From an uncultured Candidatus Saccharibacteria bacterium (GTDB lineage Bacteria; Patescibacteriota; Minisyncoccia; UBA6257; UBA9933), in NCBI GenBank assembly GCA_964642155.1, contig CAZXNT010000001.1, positions 65,238 to 129,237 on the forward strand: 64,000 nucleotides of DNA, written 5' to 3'. Under the pieces are notes generated by a model, which saw nothing but the letters and a program-made list of their open reading frames with translations, did not search any database and had not been told where the DNA came from. The translations under genes and the position numbers were made by a program. Positions 28,650-38,654 of the stretch are shown piece after piece; position 1 is the first letter of the stretch, and every line of letters begins with the position of its first letter.

Positions 28650-29577
28650 CTACTTACAAAGACAGAGAAATGGATGAGCGCAGTCATATACATAAGTTGT
28701 ACCACATCCAACATTTAATACAGCATTACTCTCGCCAAAATATAATGTAGCTTCGCATGTTTTTCCAATTTGAGAACATTTAGTGGCGCAACTTACATCG
28801 CGACAAGTCCATTCTGAAAAAAGAGCTCCTCCGCCTGCTGTGGTTTGTGTCGTGTTATCTGGAAATTTGAAACCGCCAGCGGTACTGTGAATTGTGCCGG
28901 CAACTTCTAATTTGCTATTTGGTATAGTCGTACCGATGCCGACGTTGCCGTTTTCTAAAATTGTTAGGGTTTTAGTAGTCACAACACTGCTTACATATCT
29001 AGTAATATCAAAATCTCCAGAAGTGCCGCTTGATCCCATCTTCCAGCCGTGGATACCTCCAGCGCCGTTATTTTGCGCAAGAAAAATCTGATTCTTAGTG
29101 CCAAGAGAAGATTCTACAATTTCTAACTTATATGCAGGCGCCGTCGTCCCAATACCGACGTTGCCATTTTTTATGGTCAAAACATCTGAGTTATTATTAT
29201 TGATGATTAAGGCGGAATCGGTGCCGAGTTTGAATAAAGTGGAAGTGGCTGATTGTCTGGATAATTTAAGCACAGAATCGGAAGAAGTGGAGTAGATTTC
29301 CATTTTAGCGCCGGGATATAAGGTACCGATACCGATATTATTGCTGGAATCGGAATATAAGGTCTGGCCAGCTGGATTGGGAGGAATAGTAGTAGGGGCA
29401 TTCCAACTAAAAACTAATTTAATAATAATTGTGATTAAGAAAAGAGCGGCGAAAAATAAAGATGAATAAAAGAAGGGTTTTTGGTGATTTTTTTTGAAAA
29501 ATAAAATAACAGCCCGCGCCAATTTACTCTCTCTCTCTCTCTCTCTCTCTCGGATTGTGATTATTGATGAATTTCAT
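28650..29577 (-). pseudogene. Fibre/adhesin-like protein with GN(V/I)GIGT repeats, phase-variable and currently out of frame
   Basis: ORF 28650-29522 has three N(V/I)GIGT repeats; ATG at 29577 is separated from it by an (AG)12 tract that leads to TAA. Confidence 0.75.
29527..29551. repeat. (CT)12C simple sequence repeat
   Basis: Seen directly. Confidence 0.98.
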
Positions 29578-29660
29578 AATATTATAGTCACTAGCATTAT
29601 AAATTATTATTATACTCTAAATTATTTTATTTAGTAAATCTCTGTATTTTAATTTTTTTA

Positions 29661-31175
29661 TTATTTCATTCCGAAACTCACCATAAATTCAACTCCTTTG
29701 TCGGTTCGGTTAATTTTAGTAATCGGAAGATCCACATTATTAAAACCCTCGGCAATCAATTTGTTTTTAAAATCAATCGCCGCGTCTTCGCTCGGCCCTA
29801 AAGCGTTAAAAAGCAAGGGCATATCAATTGACTGGACATAAATTCTTCTGATGGAAATACTATCGCCGGCCGCCAAATTGCCGATTTTTTCAAAAAACTC
29901 CGACCACGCGGAACGCTCGGCGCTCACCTTAACGGCAAAATCTATTTTTTGGTTAAAACTTTCTATATCTTTTTTAATTTTTTCAAATTCTCCCCTTTCC
30001 GATTGCTTATATTGTCCCAAACCGGAAATTTGATTATTCAACGAAACAATGGTTTTATCTAAAAACAAATTATTAATACCGATAAAAACGATTAAAACAA
30101 CCGCCAATGTGATTAAAACGACATTGCGCCAAATTTTAATAAAATCTAAAATTCTGTGTTGGAAAAATTTTTCCTCCGTTCCTATTTTCGCAAGACTTAT
30201 CATATTGTCTTTTGAGCGCGGAGTTATTCCCCTAATGGCTGAACCTAAAACTGAAAACCAGGCTGGCTGGATATTTTCCGGCGCGACATCGCCGATTTTT
30301 TTAAGACTAAGCGGTTCAACTTTGCTGAAAGAAAAATTCTCGGACACTATTTTAACAATAGCGTCGTTTAAGCCGTAGGTTACTAAAATCATCTCGTCAA
30401 TTTGCTCTTTCCAGCGGGTATTATAAAAACTTAAAACTTTTTTAACGTCGTCAATAATTAATTTTTTGAAAAGATCCATGGGAATTTCTTTTATTTCCGA
30501 ATGGACCATTTGCCAAGGAACAAAATGGTTAAAATACAAATTGCCGTTTCTCACAAGATTAAAACTTAAACCGTTGACGCCAATATAAAATAAAATAAAC
30601 GGTTTGTTTTTACTCACATTTGCCCCAAAATCAACCGCCAATCTTGCGAGAGCCAAACCGCTGAATTCAAAAGCCACCGGCATAAAATTGGCTTCTTTTA
30701 AAGATTTATCAAATTCGTCAATCATTTGCGATTCGCTAAAAGCCCCAAGAATTTCCAATTGGTCGCGGCCATCAATCACTTCTTCGCCAATTGCCTGCCA
30801 ATCAGAATAAACCTTGCTAAAATCAGTCGGGGAAATCATTTTTAAATTCAAATCAACAGCTTCTTCAAGATTACCTTCCAACATCGGCAAATTAAATACC
30901 TGAAAATAAACGTTATTATCGGGGAAGTTAATAATAACGTTAAGCTTTTCTTTCGCTTTCGCGGTTATTTGGGAATGTATAACTGACAATGCCGATACAA
31001 ATCTTTTGTAATCGCTTATTTTACCGTCCTCAACCACTCCAGCCGCCAATTTCGCGGAATAAGAAATAAATTTATCATCTTTAATAAGACTAAATTTCAA
31101 ATCAACGTCGCTTATTTCTAAAGCGCCGATTTTCGGCTGGGGATTTAAAATTTTAAAAATTTTTTTGTAATTCAT
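29661..31175 (-). CDS. PilM-like / PilN-like fused type IV pilus assembly protein
   Basis: GALEISD..LK actin-like start and G.VEDG.I; C-terminal TM, coiled coil and F.VSF PilN-like end. Confidence 0.7.
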   Translation of the reverse strand: MNYKKIFKILNPQPKIGALEISDVDLKFSLIKDDKFISYSAKLAAGVVEDGKISDYKRFVSALSVIHSQITAKAKEKLNVIINFPDNNVYFQVFNLPMLEGNLEEAVDLNLKMISPTDFSKVYSDWQAIGEEVIDGRDQLEILGAFSESQMIDEFDKSLKEANFMPVAFEFSGLALARLAVDFGANVSKNKPFILFYIGVNGLSFNLVRNGNLYFNHFVPWQMVHSEIKEIPMDLFKKLIIDDVKKVLSFYNTRWKEQIDEMILVTYGLNDAIVKIVSENFSFSKVEPLSLKKIGDVAPENIQPAWFSVLGSAIRGITPRSKDNMISLAKIGTEEKFFQHRILDFIKIWRNVVLITLAVVLIVFIGINNLFLDKTIVSLNNQISGLGQYKQSERGEFEKIKKDIESFNQKIDFAVKVSAERSAWSEFFEKIGNLAAGDSISIRRIYVQSIDMPLLFNALGPSEDAAIDFKNKLIAEGFNNVDLPITKINRTDKGVEFMVSFGMK

Positions 31176-31185
31176 ATAAAAAAGT

Positions 31186-33036
31186 TTAAAAACCAACTTC
31201 GCCGTTTTTTGAATCAAAACCGACATCACTTAATCCCTGAGTGGACACGCTCTTGGCGGAACCGGTTAACTGCAAATTAACAAATTCGTCAACGGCGCTT
31301 ATTAAAGAATCTCCGATTAATATCGGATACTTCCCGATTTGATTGGCATTTGGCAATAATTCTATTTGGAAAACAGCTTCAACCGGCTTATTAATAATGC
31401 CCTTGGTTGCCGCGATTCTATCAATAAGCCAACTCACTTCTTGCGTTCTTTCATTATAAACCGGGATAGTATTTATATTGCTTTTTGCTTCACCAATAAG
31501 CCTGACACCCGGACCAAGATACGCCCCAACACTCGCATTTTTAATATCAGTGGAATAATTCCTGACAATCCAATGAACAATAAAATTTATCGGATTATTA
31601 GCTTTCGGCGGAAGCGAACCTTTATTTAAAATTCCGGAAGCTAAAATTGAAAAATCGCGGAAATAAATTTTTGAATCAAGGGCAACGGCGCCGGCAACTT
31701 TTATTTCCCAATTTGCAAAACTAGTTGTTTTATCGGTCGCCACATAATACGGAACGGTCGGCGAAGAAATATCAGCCGCGACTTTCAAAATAAAATTTTT
31801 ATCGGACAATCTTTTAATAGGATAACTCGGCTTCACACTTATTTCAAATTCAACCGCGCCGCTTCCGCCGGGTTCAATTAAATGCAATTCTGCATTGCTT
31901 GCCGCATTCCACGTTAAAGTGTTATCGCGGGAATCAAAAGAGGCATTGGTTCTTAATTGGGAAAAATCAAACATTTCTCCGCTTAATTTCGTCTTAACCA
32001 CAACGTCTCCAAGTCCAACGTCGCTATTATTTGAATAAACAACTCTGAATTTTAAATTGCCACCCGGCAAAACATATTCCGAAGAAACGTCAAATTCAAT
32101 TTTTAAAAAAAGCGGCGACGGCGCGATATTCACCTTCGCGGATTTCTCGCTGATTTTAAAAACTTGATTTTCACCTGCCTGACCGGCGGGCAAGTAAGAA
32201 GCTTCAATGTTTGAATTGATTTCAAAAAACGTTTGATTAATGCCGGAAATTTTTCCAACAACGGCGATTTCGCCTTTCTGATTTTTATTTAAATTGCCAA
32301 TATCTAAAACATTGTCGCTAACCGCGGGGTTGGAACTTTTAACGATAAAATCTTTGGGAAAATTAAAATTCAGTTTAACGCTGGAAAAATCAAATTCGGA
32401 AATATTTGAATATTTGATTACCACTTCAAACTCTTCATTGTTTAAAACTTTTTCCGGAGCGACAAGGTCAAACTTGATGGCCGGTTCGCGGACGGAAACT
32501 TCCACGGTTTGTTTTTTTTCAAAAGTAGTTCCCAGAGCCGAGGTATAACTTACTGAAACATTGAATTTTTTAACTGACTCGCCGTCGCTAAAAATTAAAA
32601 TTTTTATTTTCTCGCTGAAACCGCTTTCTGGATTGATATCTCCGATTTCTTTTTCAAAATTTCTTTTTTCTTTGCTAATATTCAACGCCGCCACTCCTTC
32701 TGGCAATAAAACAGAAAGCCTAACGTTTTCCAAAACTTTTTTTGAACCATTGTTAAAATCCACCGCCAAATCAAACGGAACACCCATTAGAACATTGTCT
32801 TTGGCAGATGCGATAAGCGATATTTCGCGGCTGGCTGAGAAATAATTATAAAAATAAAAACTTGACACTGCCACTCCTATCGTCGCCAAAGCAACCAACA
32901 CCCAAAATATCCGATGGCTTATGAGGCTAATTTTTACGACGGGCGCGCCGGCTTTTTTGCCAAAATTTTGCGCTAAATCAAACTTTTGTTCCTTATTCCA
33001 ACTTGAACCGTAATTTTTATTATCTTCTTGGGCCAT
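31186..33036 (-). CDS. Membrane-anchored protein with repeated DUF11-like Ig domains
   Basis: Start MAQED; one TM; repeated Y.N.S...L..V...W.I..L.PG..G...F modules. Confidence 0.7.
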   Translation of the reverse strand: MAQEDNKNYGSSWNKEQKFDLAQNFGKKAGAPVVKISLISHRIFWVLVALATIGVAVSSFYFYNYFSASREISLIASAKDNVLMGVPFDLAVDFNNGSKKVLENVRLSVLLPEGVAALNISKEKRNFEKEIGDINPESGFSEKIKILIFSDGESVKKFNVSVSYTSALGTTFEKKQTVEVSVREPAIKFDLVAPEKVLNNEEFEVVIKYSNISEFDFSSVKLNFNFPKDFIVKSSNPAVSDNVLDIGNLNKNQKGEIAVVGKISGINQTFFEINSNIEASYLPAGQAGENQVFKISEKSAKVNIAPSPLFLKIEFDVSSEYVLPGGNLKFRVVYSNNSDVGLGDVVVKTKLSGEMFDFSQLRTNASFDSRDNTLTWNAASNAELHLIEPGGSGAVEFEISVKPSYPIKRLSDKNFILKVAADISSPTVPYYVATDKTTSFANWEIKVAGAVALDSKIYFRDFSILASGILNKGSLPPKANNPINFIVHWIVRNYSTDIKNASVGAYLGPGVRLIGEAKSNINTIPVYNERTQEVSWLIDRIAATKGIINKPVEAVFQIELLPNANQIGKYPILIGDSLISAVDEFVNLQLTGSAKSVSTQGLSDVGFDSKNGEVGF

Positions 33037-33041
33037 TTTAT

Positions 33042-33614
33042 TTATATTAATAATAATTGATTTTGAGCAATTTTTCCAGCGCATTTGACGCATAAAAAAA
33101 TATGCTCGGGTTTTAAAAAATAATCGGCTCGCGGATTATCGCAAACAACGCAAGAAGCGTGTTCCGGGTCAAATCCCAAAATTTTCAACAAGCCGCGATA
33201 AATTACCCTATCTTCAAGGCCGGCCAAATCGGCGCTGAAAATTTTTTTAATCGCCTGCCAAAGACGCAAATCCTGATGAAGCTCAAAAGTCATTTCATTG
33301 ATAAATTGCGCGATATTCAAAAATTTCGCGAGATTTTCCGGATTTTTTTCCAATTGAGAACCGTCTTCAATAGTCAACGCATCAACCACCTGAAATCCCT
33401 GCCTGCCGGCAGATAAGGCATTCTTCTCAATCAACCGACAATTGACAAAATTAAGCGGCTGAAGATGGCTGTTGAGTTTGGAAGTTATTTTTCTCGCGCT
33501 TTTCGCCATGGCAATCACTTTACCGAAATCGCGGGTATATAAAGTAATAATGGCATCCAATTCTTTGCTTATTTTATTGTCGAAAACAAACGCCTCAGTA
33601 TAATGTTCAAGCAT
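33042..33614 (-). CDS. recO: DNA repair protein RecO
   Basis: D.I..LYT..FGK..A.AK..RK..SKL...L.P; C..C/C..C zinc finger. Confidence 0.85.
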   Translation of the reverse strand: MLEHYTEAFVFDNKISKELDAIITLYTRDFGKVIAMAKSARKITSKLNSHLQPLNFVNCRLIEKNALSAGRQGFQVVDALTIEDGSQLEKNPENLAKFLNIAQFINEMTFELHQDLRLWQAIKKIFSADLAGLEDRVIYRGLLKILGFDPEHASCVVCDNPRADYFLKPEHIFLCVKCAGKIAQNQLLLI

Positions 33615-33631
33615 ATGTTATAATTATATAT

Positions 33632-33713
33632 GCTCCCGTGGCGGAACTGGAATACGCGCGGCGTTTAGAACGCCGTCCCGCAAGGGTTAGAGGTTCAAAT
33701 CCTCTCGGGAGCA
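33632..33713 (+). tRNA. tRNA-Leu(TAG)
   Basis: GCTCCCG/CGGGAGC acceptor stem, CGGCG-TTTAGAA-CGCCG anticodon arm, variable arm, GGTTCAAATCC. Confidence 0.95.
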
Positions 33714-33715
33714 CA

Positions 33716-34051
33716 TTATTTCCCCCTGTCGCCGTATTTTTCAAAAATCGTCCAAAAACTGAAAATTTTTTCTCCTTCGTTATAAACTTTATGAAAATCG
33801 CCGGCGGGTATAAGAACAACATCCTCTGCTTTAACGGAAATTTTTTGTTCCGCCACTTCTATTAATCCTTCTCCATCAATAAAAATATGAACCTCATCAG
33901 CATCGCTATGAGAATGACCGGTTGTGGCTTTCCCCGGATAAAGTTCTGTTAAGGAAAGAGTTAAATGATTTAAACTGGACAAGTCATAAACCTTATAAAT
34001 TTCATTGTCTCGTATGAGTTTGGCTGATTGTTTATATTCTTTGATATTCAT
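33716..34051 (-). CDS. Cupin domain protein
   Basis: GHSH...EV..F..G.G and IPAG.FH.V.N motifs. Confidence 0.88.
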   Translation of the reverse strand: MNIKEYKQSAKLIRDNEIYKVYDLSSLNHLTLSLTELYPGKATTGHSHSDADEVHIFIDGEGLIEVAEQKISVKAEDVVLIPAGDFHKVYNEGEKIFSFWTIFEKYGDRGK

Positions 34052-34060
34052 ATTATTATT

Positions 34061-34132
34061 TGCCCTCGCGAGGAATCGAACCTCAATTTTAGGTTTAGGA
34101 AACCCATGTCCTATCCGTTGAACGACGAGGGC
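34061..34132 (-). tRNA. tRNA-Arg(CCT)
   Basis: GCCCTCG acceptor stem, anticodon loop TTCCTAA, GGTTCGATTCC. Confidence 0.95.
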
Positions 34133-34229
34133 TTATTGTCAAATTATGATTGCTTGAATATAATAATTAAAACACAAATAATAATAATTTCAAAGGTCGT
34201 TTTAATTTTTTAATTTATAATTTAAAACA

Positions 34230-34535
34230 ATGATGCAAGGATTTTTTGGAAGCGGGAGTTTTGGAGCCGGCTTCAACAATATGATGAATAACTGGGGAAA
34301 TTGGGGAATGCCTTTCAGTGCCGGCGTGTTTTTTGGATTCGGCAGCCTGATTATGCTCGCTCTTATAGTTTGGGTTCTTTATTGGAAAGGAATCGCATTG
34401 TGGAAAGCCGCGCGCGCCGGAGAAAAATATTGGTTTATTGCCATACTTATAATCAATACGCTTGGTATTTTGGAAATACTTTATATTTACGTATTCAGCA
34501 AAAAACAAATTAAGGAAGAAAAACAAACGGCATAA
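34230..34535 (+). CDS. DUF5652-like membrane protein
   Basis: W...WKG.ALWKAAR....WFI..L..NTLGILEI.Y signature. Confidence 0.8.
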   Translation: MMQGFFGSGSFGAGFNNMMNNWGNWGMPFSAGVFFGFGSLIMLALIVWVLYWKGIALWKAARAGEKYWFIAILIINTLGILEILYIYVFSKKQIKEEKQTA

Positions 34536-34547
34536 AATGCCGTTTAT

Positions 34548-34618
34548 GGGCCTATGGTATAGTGGTAACACGACTCCATGGCATGGAGTAGTCGGCGGTC
34601 CGATTCCGCCTAGGTCCA
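34548..34618 (+). tRNA. tRNA-Ala(GGC)
   Basis: G3:U70 acceptor pair; ACTCC-ATGGCAT-GGAGT anticodon arm. Confidence 0.92.
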
Positions 34619-34663
34619 AAATTTTAATTTAATAAAGGTCGGCTAAATAAAAATTATATTTTT

Positions 34664-34909
34664 ATGTCAAAAAATGTAGGCGCGATAGATAGAGTTATTA
34701 GGATTATTGTCGGATTGGTTTTGTTGTATGGCGGATATTATTTCGGTATCTCAACTATTGTCGGAATTATTTTGATTGTATTAGGCGCGATTTCCATTAT
34801 TGACGCTATTACAGGATTTTGTTTGATTTATAAAATTTTGGGGATCAGCACCGCTAAATCAAAAAATCAAGAACAGACAACCCCGCCAATTCCACCCCAA
34901 GGACAATAA
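34664..34909 (+). CDS. DUF2892/YgaP-like membrane protein
   Basis: NVG..DR..R...G and G.C..Y..LGIST motifs. Confidence 0.85.
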   Translation: MSKNVGAIDRVIRIIVGLVLLYGGYYFGISTIVGIILIVLGAISIIDAITGFCLIYKILGISTAKSKNQEQTTPPIPPQGQ

Positions 34910-34916
34910 TAATTTT

Positions 34917-35098
34917 GTGGGTAAGGGGAATCGGCTACAAGTAAATTTCCTAACGGAAATTTCTCGCAGCCCGCTCCTCGCGGCGCTCGCCTTTCGCCTT
35001 CGGCGAAAACTCGCGCATCGCTGCGGTCTTCGATTCCCCTTAAATAAACTTCAAGTTGAAATAAAAACTTCCCGATTGGGAAGTTTTTATTTCAATTG
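34917..35098 (-). repeat. tRNA-Gly-associated structured element carrying direct and inverted copies of the tRNA 3' end
   Basis: 34917-34933 matches 35100-35116 (16/17); 35029-35042 is the inverted T-arm; several internal hairpins. Confidence 0.75.
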
Positions 35099-35169
35099 AG
35101 CGGGTAAGGGGAATCGAACCCCTGTCATCAGCTTGGAAAGCTGAGGTAATACCATTATACGATACCCGC
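35099..35169 (-). tRNA. tRNA-Gly(TCC)
   Basis: GCGGGTA acceptor stem, TCAGC-TTTCCAA-GCTGA anticodon arm, GGTTCGATTCC. Confidence 0.95.
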
Positions 35170-35281
35170 GATTTTTAAATTATATCCGTTTTGTTGCTTT
35201 TTTCAAGAATTCACGCAATAATTTAACATGCTCAGAAATACAACTTTGATTAAAAATCTGTATTTAAAAATTCCCCGCCGA

Positions 35282-35854
35282 ATGCGAATTTTAATTATTT
35301 TTCTGCTGATTGTCGCGGCGGTTTGGTTAATCGTCAAGATATTGACTCCCGACGCAAAAAATACGCCAAAAGAATTTTTGGAAACCCGCCAGGAAGCTTC
35401 TCTTATTGCCAAAGACATTATTAATATTTCCGGCCGCACCGCTGAAAATATAAAAAAAATATCCGACCTTGATAAAAATAAAGAATATACCGAAGCGCTT
35501 AACTTGATTTCGGAGGAATTAAACAATAACCGCAAAGCGAGAGAGAGTGCCATAAAATTGTCTTCCCAATTGGAAATAATGGCAAAAAACGTTTCGCAAA
35601 TATCGCCGGCAGCCGCCGGACAAATCGCCATTCAAGCAATCAGTTCGGAAACCGCTCTAATCAGCCGGCTTATTACTTATAACGACTACCTAATAAAGCT
35701 TCTGGAAATTTTGCAGGCTAAATTTTTGGAAAAAGAAAAAAATGCCAACGATAAAATAGCGGACTTAATTGAAAAAATTAACGATGAAGCGCGGGCAATC
35801 AACGACCTGAATAATAATTTTAACAGCTTAATGACAGAATTTGATAAAATATGA
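35282..35854 (+). CDS. Membrane-anchored coiled-coil hypothetical protein
   Basis: Start probably MRILII (alternative ATG at 35228); helical ORF. Confidence 0.7.
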   Translation: MRILIIFLLIVAAVWLIVKILTPDAKNTPKEFLETRQEASLIAKDIINISGRTAENIKKISDLDKNKEYTEALNLISEELNNNRKARESAIKLSSQLEIMAKNVSQISPAAAGQIAIQAISSETALISRLITYNDYLIKLLEILQAKFLEKEKNANDKIADLIEKINDEARAINDLNNNFNSLMTEFDKI

Positions 35855-35879
35855 TACAATAAGCGCAATATAAAAAATA

Positions 35880-36254
35880 ATGACCGAAATACAAAACAAA
35901 AAAATTCTGGTTGTTGAAGATGAAAAACCTCTTTGTGATGCGATTAAATTTAGATTGGAACGCTATGGAATAACGACTTTTATCTCCAATTCAGCAGAAG
36001 AAGCGATGGAAATTCTAAAAAAGGAAAATGTTGATTTGATATGGCTTGATATAAAATTGCCGAGAGTAAACGGCATTGATTTTTTAAAAATAATTAGAAA
36101 TAATCCTGATTGGAAAGATAAAAAAGTGATAGTTGTTTCCGCTTCCGGAAGCGATGAAATGAAAAATACAATGAGAGAAATGGGAATTTTAGATTATATA
36201 GTGAAAAACGAGATGAAATTAGATGACATAGTCGCGCGCGCCGCGAACGCTTAA
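35880..36254 (+). CDS. Single-domain response regulator
   Basis: ILVVEDE, LD..LP..NG and YI.K receiver motifs. Confidence 0.9.
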   Translation: MTEIQNKKILVVEDEKPLCDAIKFRLERYGITTFISNSAEEAMEILKKENVDLIWLDIKLPRVNGIDFLKIIRNNPDWKDKKVIVVSASGSDEMKNTMREMGILDYIVKNEMKLDDIVARAANA

Positions 36255-36269
36255 AATTTAAAACATATT

Positions 36270-36644
36270 ATGGATGATAAAAAAACAATTTTAGTGGTTG
36301 AGGACGATTTCTTTGTTTCCAGAGCTTATGCCATTAAGCTTGAAAAAGAAAATTTGAATGTCCAATCCGTCACTGACGGCGAAGCGGCTATTGATTATCT
36401 GAAAAAAAACGAAGTGCCAAATTTGGTGCTTCTTGATTTAATGATTCCGAAAAAAAGCGGTTTTGAAGTTTTGAAAGAAATTAAGGAGAATGAAAAATGG
36501 AAAAATATTCCTGTAATTATTCTTTCCAATCTCGGCCAAGAAAGCGATATTAAAAAAGGTAAAGAAATGGGCGCCGCGGAATATATAATCAAGGCGGATG
36601 TTGATATTGAAGAAATTATTGAAAAAGCGAAAAAATATCTGTAA
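36270..36644 (+). CDS. Single-domain response regulator
   Basis: ILVVEDD, LLDLMIP..SGFEVL and GA.EYI.K motifs. Confidence 0.92.
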   Translation: MDDKKTILVVEDDFFVSRAYAIKLEKENLNVQSVTDGEAAIDYLKKNEVPNLVLLDLMIPKKSGFEVLKEIKENEKWKNIPVIILSNLGQESDIKKGKEMGAAEYIIKADVDIEEIIEKAKKYL

Positions 36645-36688
36645 AATAATCATGAACTGAAAAGGTCGAGTTGATTTTAAATAAAATT

Positions 36689-37321
36689 ATGAATTCAAAA
36701 AATATTAAAAAAGGTTTTACATTACTTGAACTTTTAATCGTTATCTCCATTTTGGCGGTTTTGGGCGCGATTGTTATTTTCCTGCTAAATCCGGCGGAAA
36801 CATTGAAAAAAGCGAGGGACTCGCAAAGAATCAGCGATTTATCAACGATTAAAACAGCGATTGGTATTTATATGACCAGCGTATCGTCTCCGCAGTTTGA
36901 CGGCATAAGCGGAACGAAAAATGATAAATGTTTAGGTGGTGCTGGAATAATAACGGCATATACAAGTTTTGTTGGGACAGCTACTACTACTCCAACTAGC
37001 GATTATAGCCCCACTTTTACAGTGGTGACTAATTCCACTACAGCTTCTTCATCTCTTGTTGATGGCACTGGCTGGATTCCTGTTAATTTAACTTCCCTTA
37101 CAGGCGGTTCGCCGATTTCTAATATGCCAGTTGATCCCATTAACGATAATACGGATTTAATATATCGTTATGCTTGCAGAAAATCTCCATTAGGGTTTGA
37201 AGTTGACTCGACTTTGGAAAGCACCGCGTTTACGGTTGATGACGATAAAGGGGCAAAAGACGGAGGCAATAATAGCGCTCGTTTTGAAGCAGGAACCGAT
37301 TTAAAAATTTTGAAGATTTAA
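36689..37321 (+). CDS. Type IV pilin
   Basis: Prepilin site KKG/FTLLELLIVI; ARDSQRISDL; P.DP.N. Confidence 0.92.
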   Translation: MNSKNIKKGFTLLELLIVISILAVLGAIVIFLLNPAETLKKARDSQRISDLSTIKTAIGIYMTSVSSPQFDGISGTKNDKCLGGAGIITAYTSFVGTATTTPTSDYSPTFTVVTNSTTASSSLVDGTGWIPVNLTSLTGGSPISNMPVDPINDNTDLIYRYACRKSPLGFEVDSTLESTAFTVDDDKGAKDGGNNSARFEAGTDLKILKI

Positions 37322-37358
37322 CTATTTTGCCGTAATTAATATTCAAAAGTATTTTTTA

Positions 37359-37389
37359 AAAACAGCCCATTGATTTTCGGGCTGTTTTT
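37359..37389. terminator. Intrinsic terminator after the pilin gene
   Basis: aaaacagccc...gggctgttttt hairpin with T run. Confidence 0.7.
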
Positions 37390-37408
37390 GTTTAATATAA
37401 ATTTATAA

Positions 37409-38650
37409 ATGAAACGTCCGATATTTTTATTCTTTATAATTATTCTTTTGGCCATTATAGCGGTTTTTTTTGTCTATCCAAAATTTCCCCAACCCTTTAA
37501 CTGGTTGGAAAAAAAATTACCCTGGAAATTAGGTCTTGATTTAGTCGGCGGCACACACCTTATTTATGAAATTAACATGAGTCAAGTGGCCGGCGTTGAC
37601 CGCGATTCGGTTATTTCCGGTCTTCGCGATGTGATAGAAAAAAGAGTGAATCTTTTCGGCATTGCCGAACCCTCAATCGTTACCGCCAAAGAAGGTGATA
37701 ACTATCGTTTAATAGTTGAACTCGCCGGAATAAAAGACGTTAAAGAAGCCGTAAACCAAATTGGCTCAACTCCGCTTTTGGAATTTTACGAAACTTCAGC
37801 GGTCGGGACATCAACGCAATTTATTCCAACTAATTTAACCGGCCGCTATTTAAAAGGCAGCCAGATTGATTTTGACCAGACCACCGGCGCTCCGCAAATA
37901 GCTTTACAATTCAATGACGAAGGCGCAAAAATCTTTGAAGAAATAACCGGCCACAATGTCGGCAAATTGGTTTGTGTTTCCATTGACCGCCAAATTAACG
38001 ACAATGACTGCGCCACTGTTCAGGAAAAAATTTCCGGCGGACGAGCGCAAATCACCGGTCGTTTCACTCCCGAAGAAGCCAAAAGAATCGTTTCCCGATT
38101 TAACGCTGGCGCCCTGCCAGCGCCCATAAATTTAATCAGCCAGCAATTAGTCGGCGCGAGCTTGGGACAAGAATCGCTTAAAAAAGCCATTTACGGCGGT
38201 CTTATCGGCACATTAGCGGTTATGGTTTTTATGCTCATTTATTACCGAACGCGCGGTATTTTCGCTTCCTTGGCGCTTTTAATTTACACCGCCCTGACAC
38301 TGGCTATTTTAAAATTATTTTCCGCCACAATGACTTTATCGGGCATTGCCGGTTTTATCCTTTCAATCGGAATGGCGGTTGATGCCAATATTCTTATTTT
38401 TGAAAGAACGAAGGAGGAAATTAAAAAGGGCTTAACGAAAATATCGGCGATTGAAGAAGGATTTAAGCGCGCTTGGCCGTCAATCCGCGACTCAAATGTG
38501 AGCACGATTATTACTTCACTTATTCTTTATTTTTTCACCACCAGTTTTGTCAAAGGATTCGCCTTAACGCTTTTAATCGGCGTTCTGGTTTCCATGTTTT
38601 CGGCAATAACCATTACAAGAACAATGATGAGAATATTTATTAAAAAATAA
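37409..38650 (+). CDS. secD: Protein translocase subunit SecD
   Basis: LGLDLVGG, GALPAP and IGMAVDANILIFER motifs. Confidence 0.97.
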   Translation: MKRPIFLFFIIILLAIIAVFFVYPKFPQPFNWLEKKLPWKLGLDLVGGTHLIYEINMSQVAGVDRDSVISGLRDVIEKRVNLFGIAEPSIVTAKEGDNYRLIVELAGIKDVKEAVNQIGSTPLLEFYETSAVGTSTQFIPTNLTGRYLKGSQIDFDQTTGAPQIALQFNDEGAKIFEEITGHNVGKLVCVSIDRQINDNDCATVQEKISGGRAQITGRFTPEEAKRIVSRFNAGALPAPINLISQQLVGASLGQESLKKAIYGGLIGTLAVMVFMLIYYRTRGIFASLALLIYTALTLAILKLFSATMTLSGIAGFILSIGMAVDANILIFERTKEEIKKGLTKISAIEEGFKRAWPSIRDSNVSTIITSLILYFFTTSFVKGFALTLLIGVLVSMFSAITITRTMMRIFIKK

Positions 38651-38654
38651 AATT

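Noticed and set aside
33607-34619. ORFs 33607-33822, 33638-33865, 34028-34213 and 34215-34619
   Set aside because: They overlap tRNA genes or better-supported CDSs
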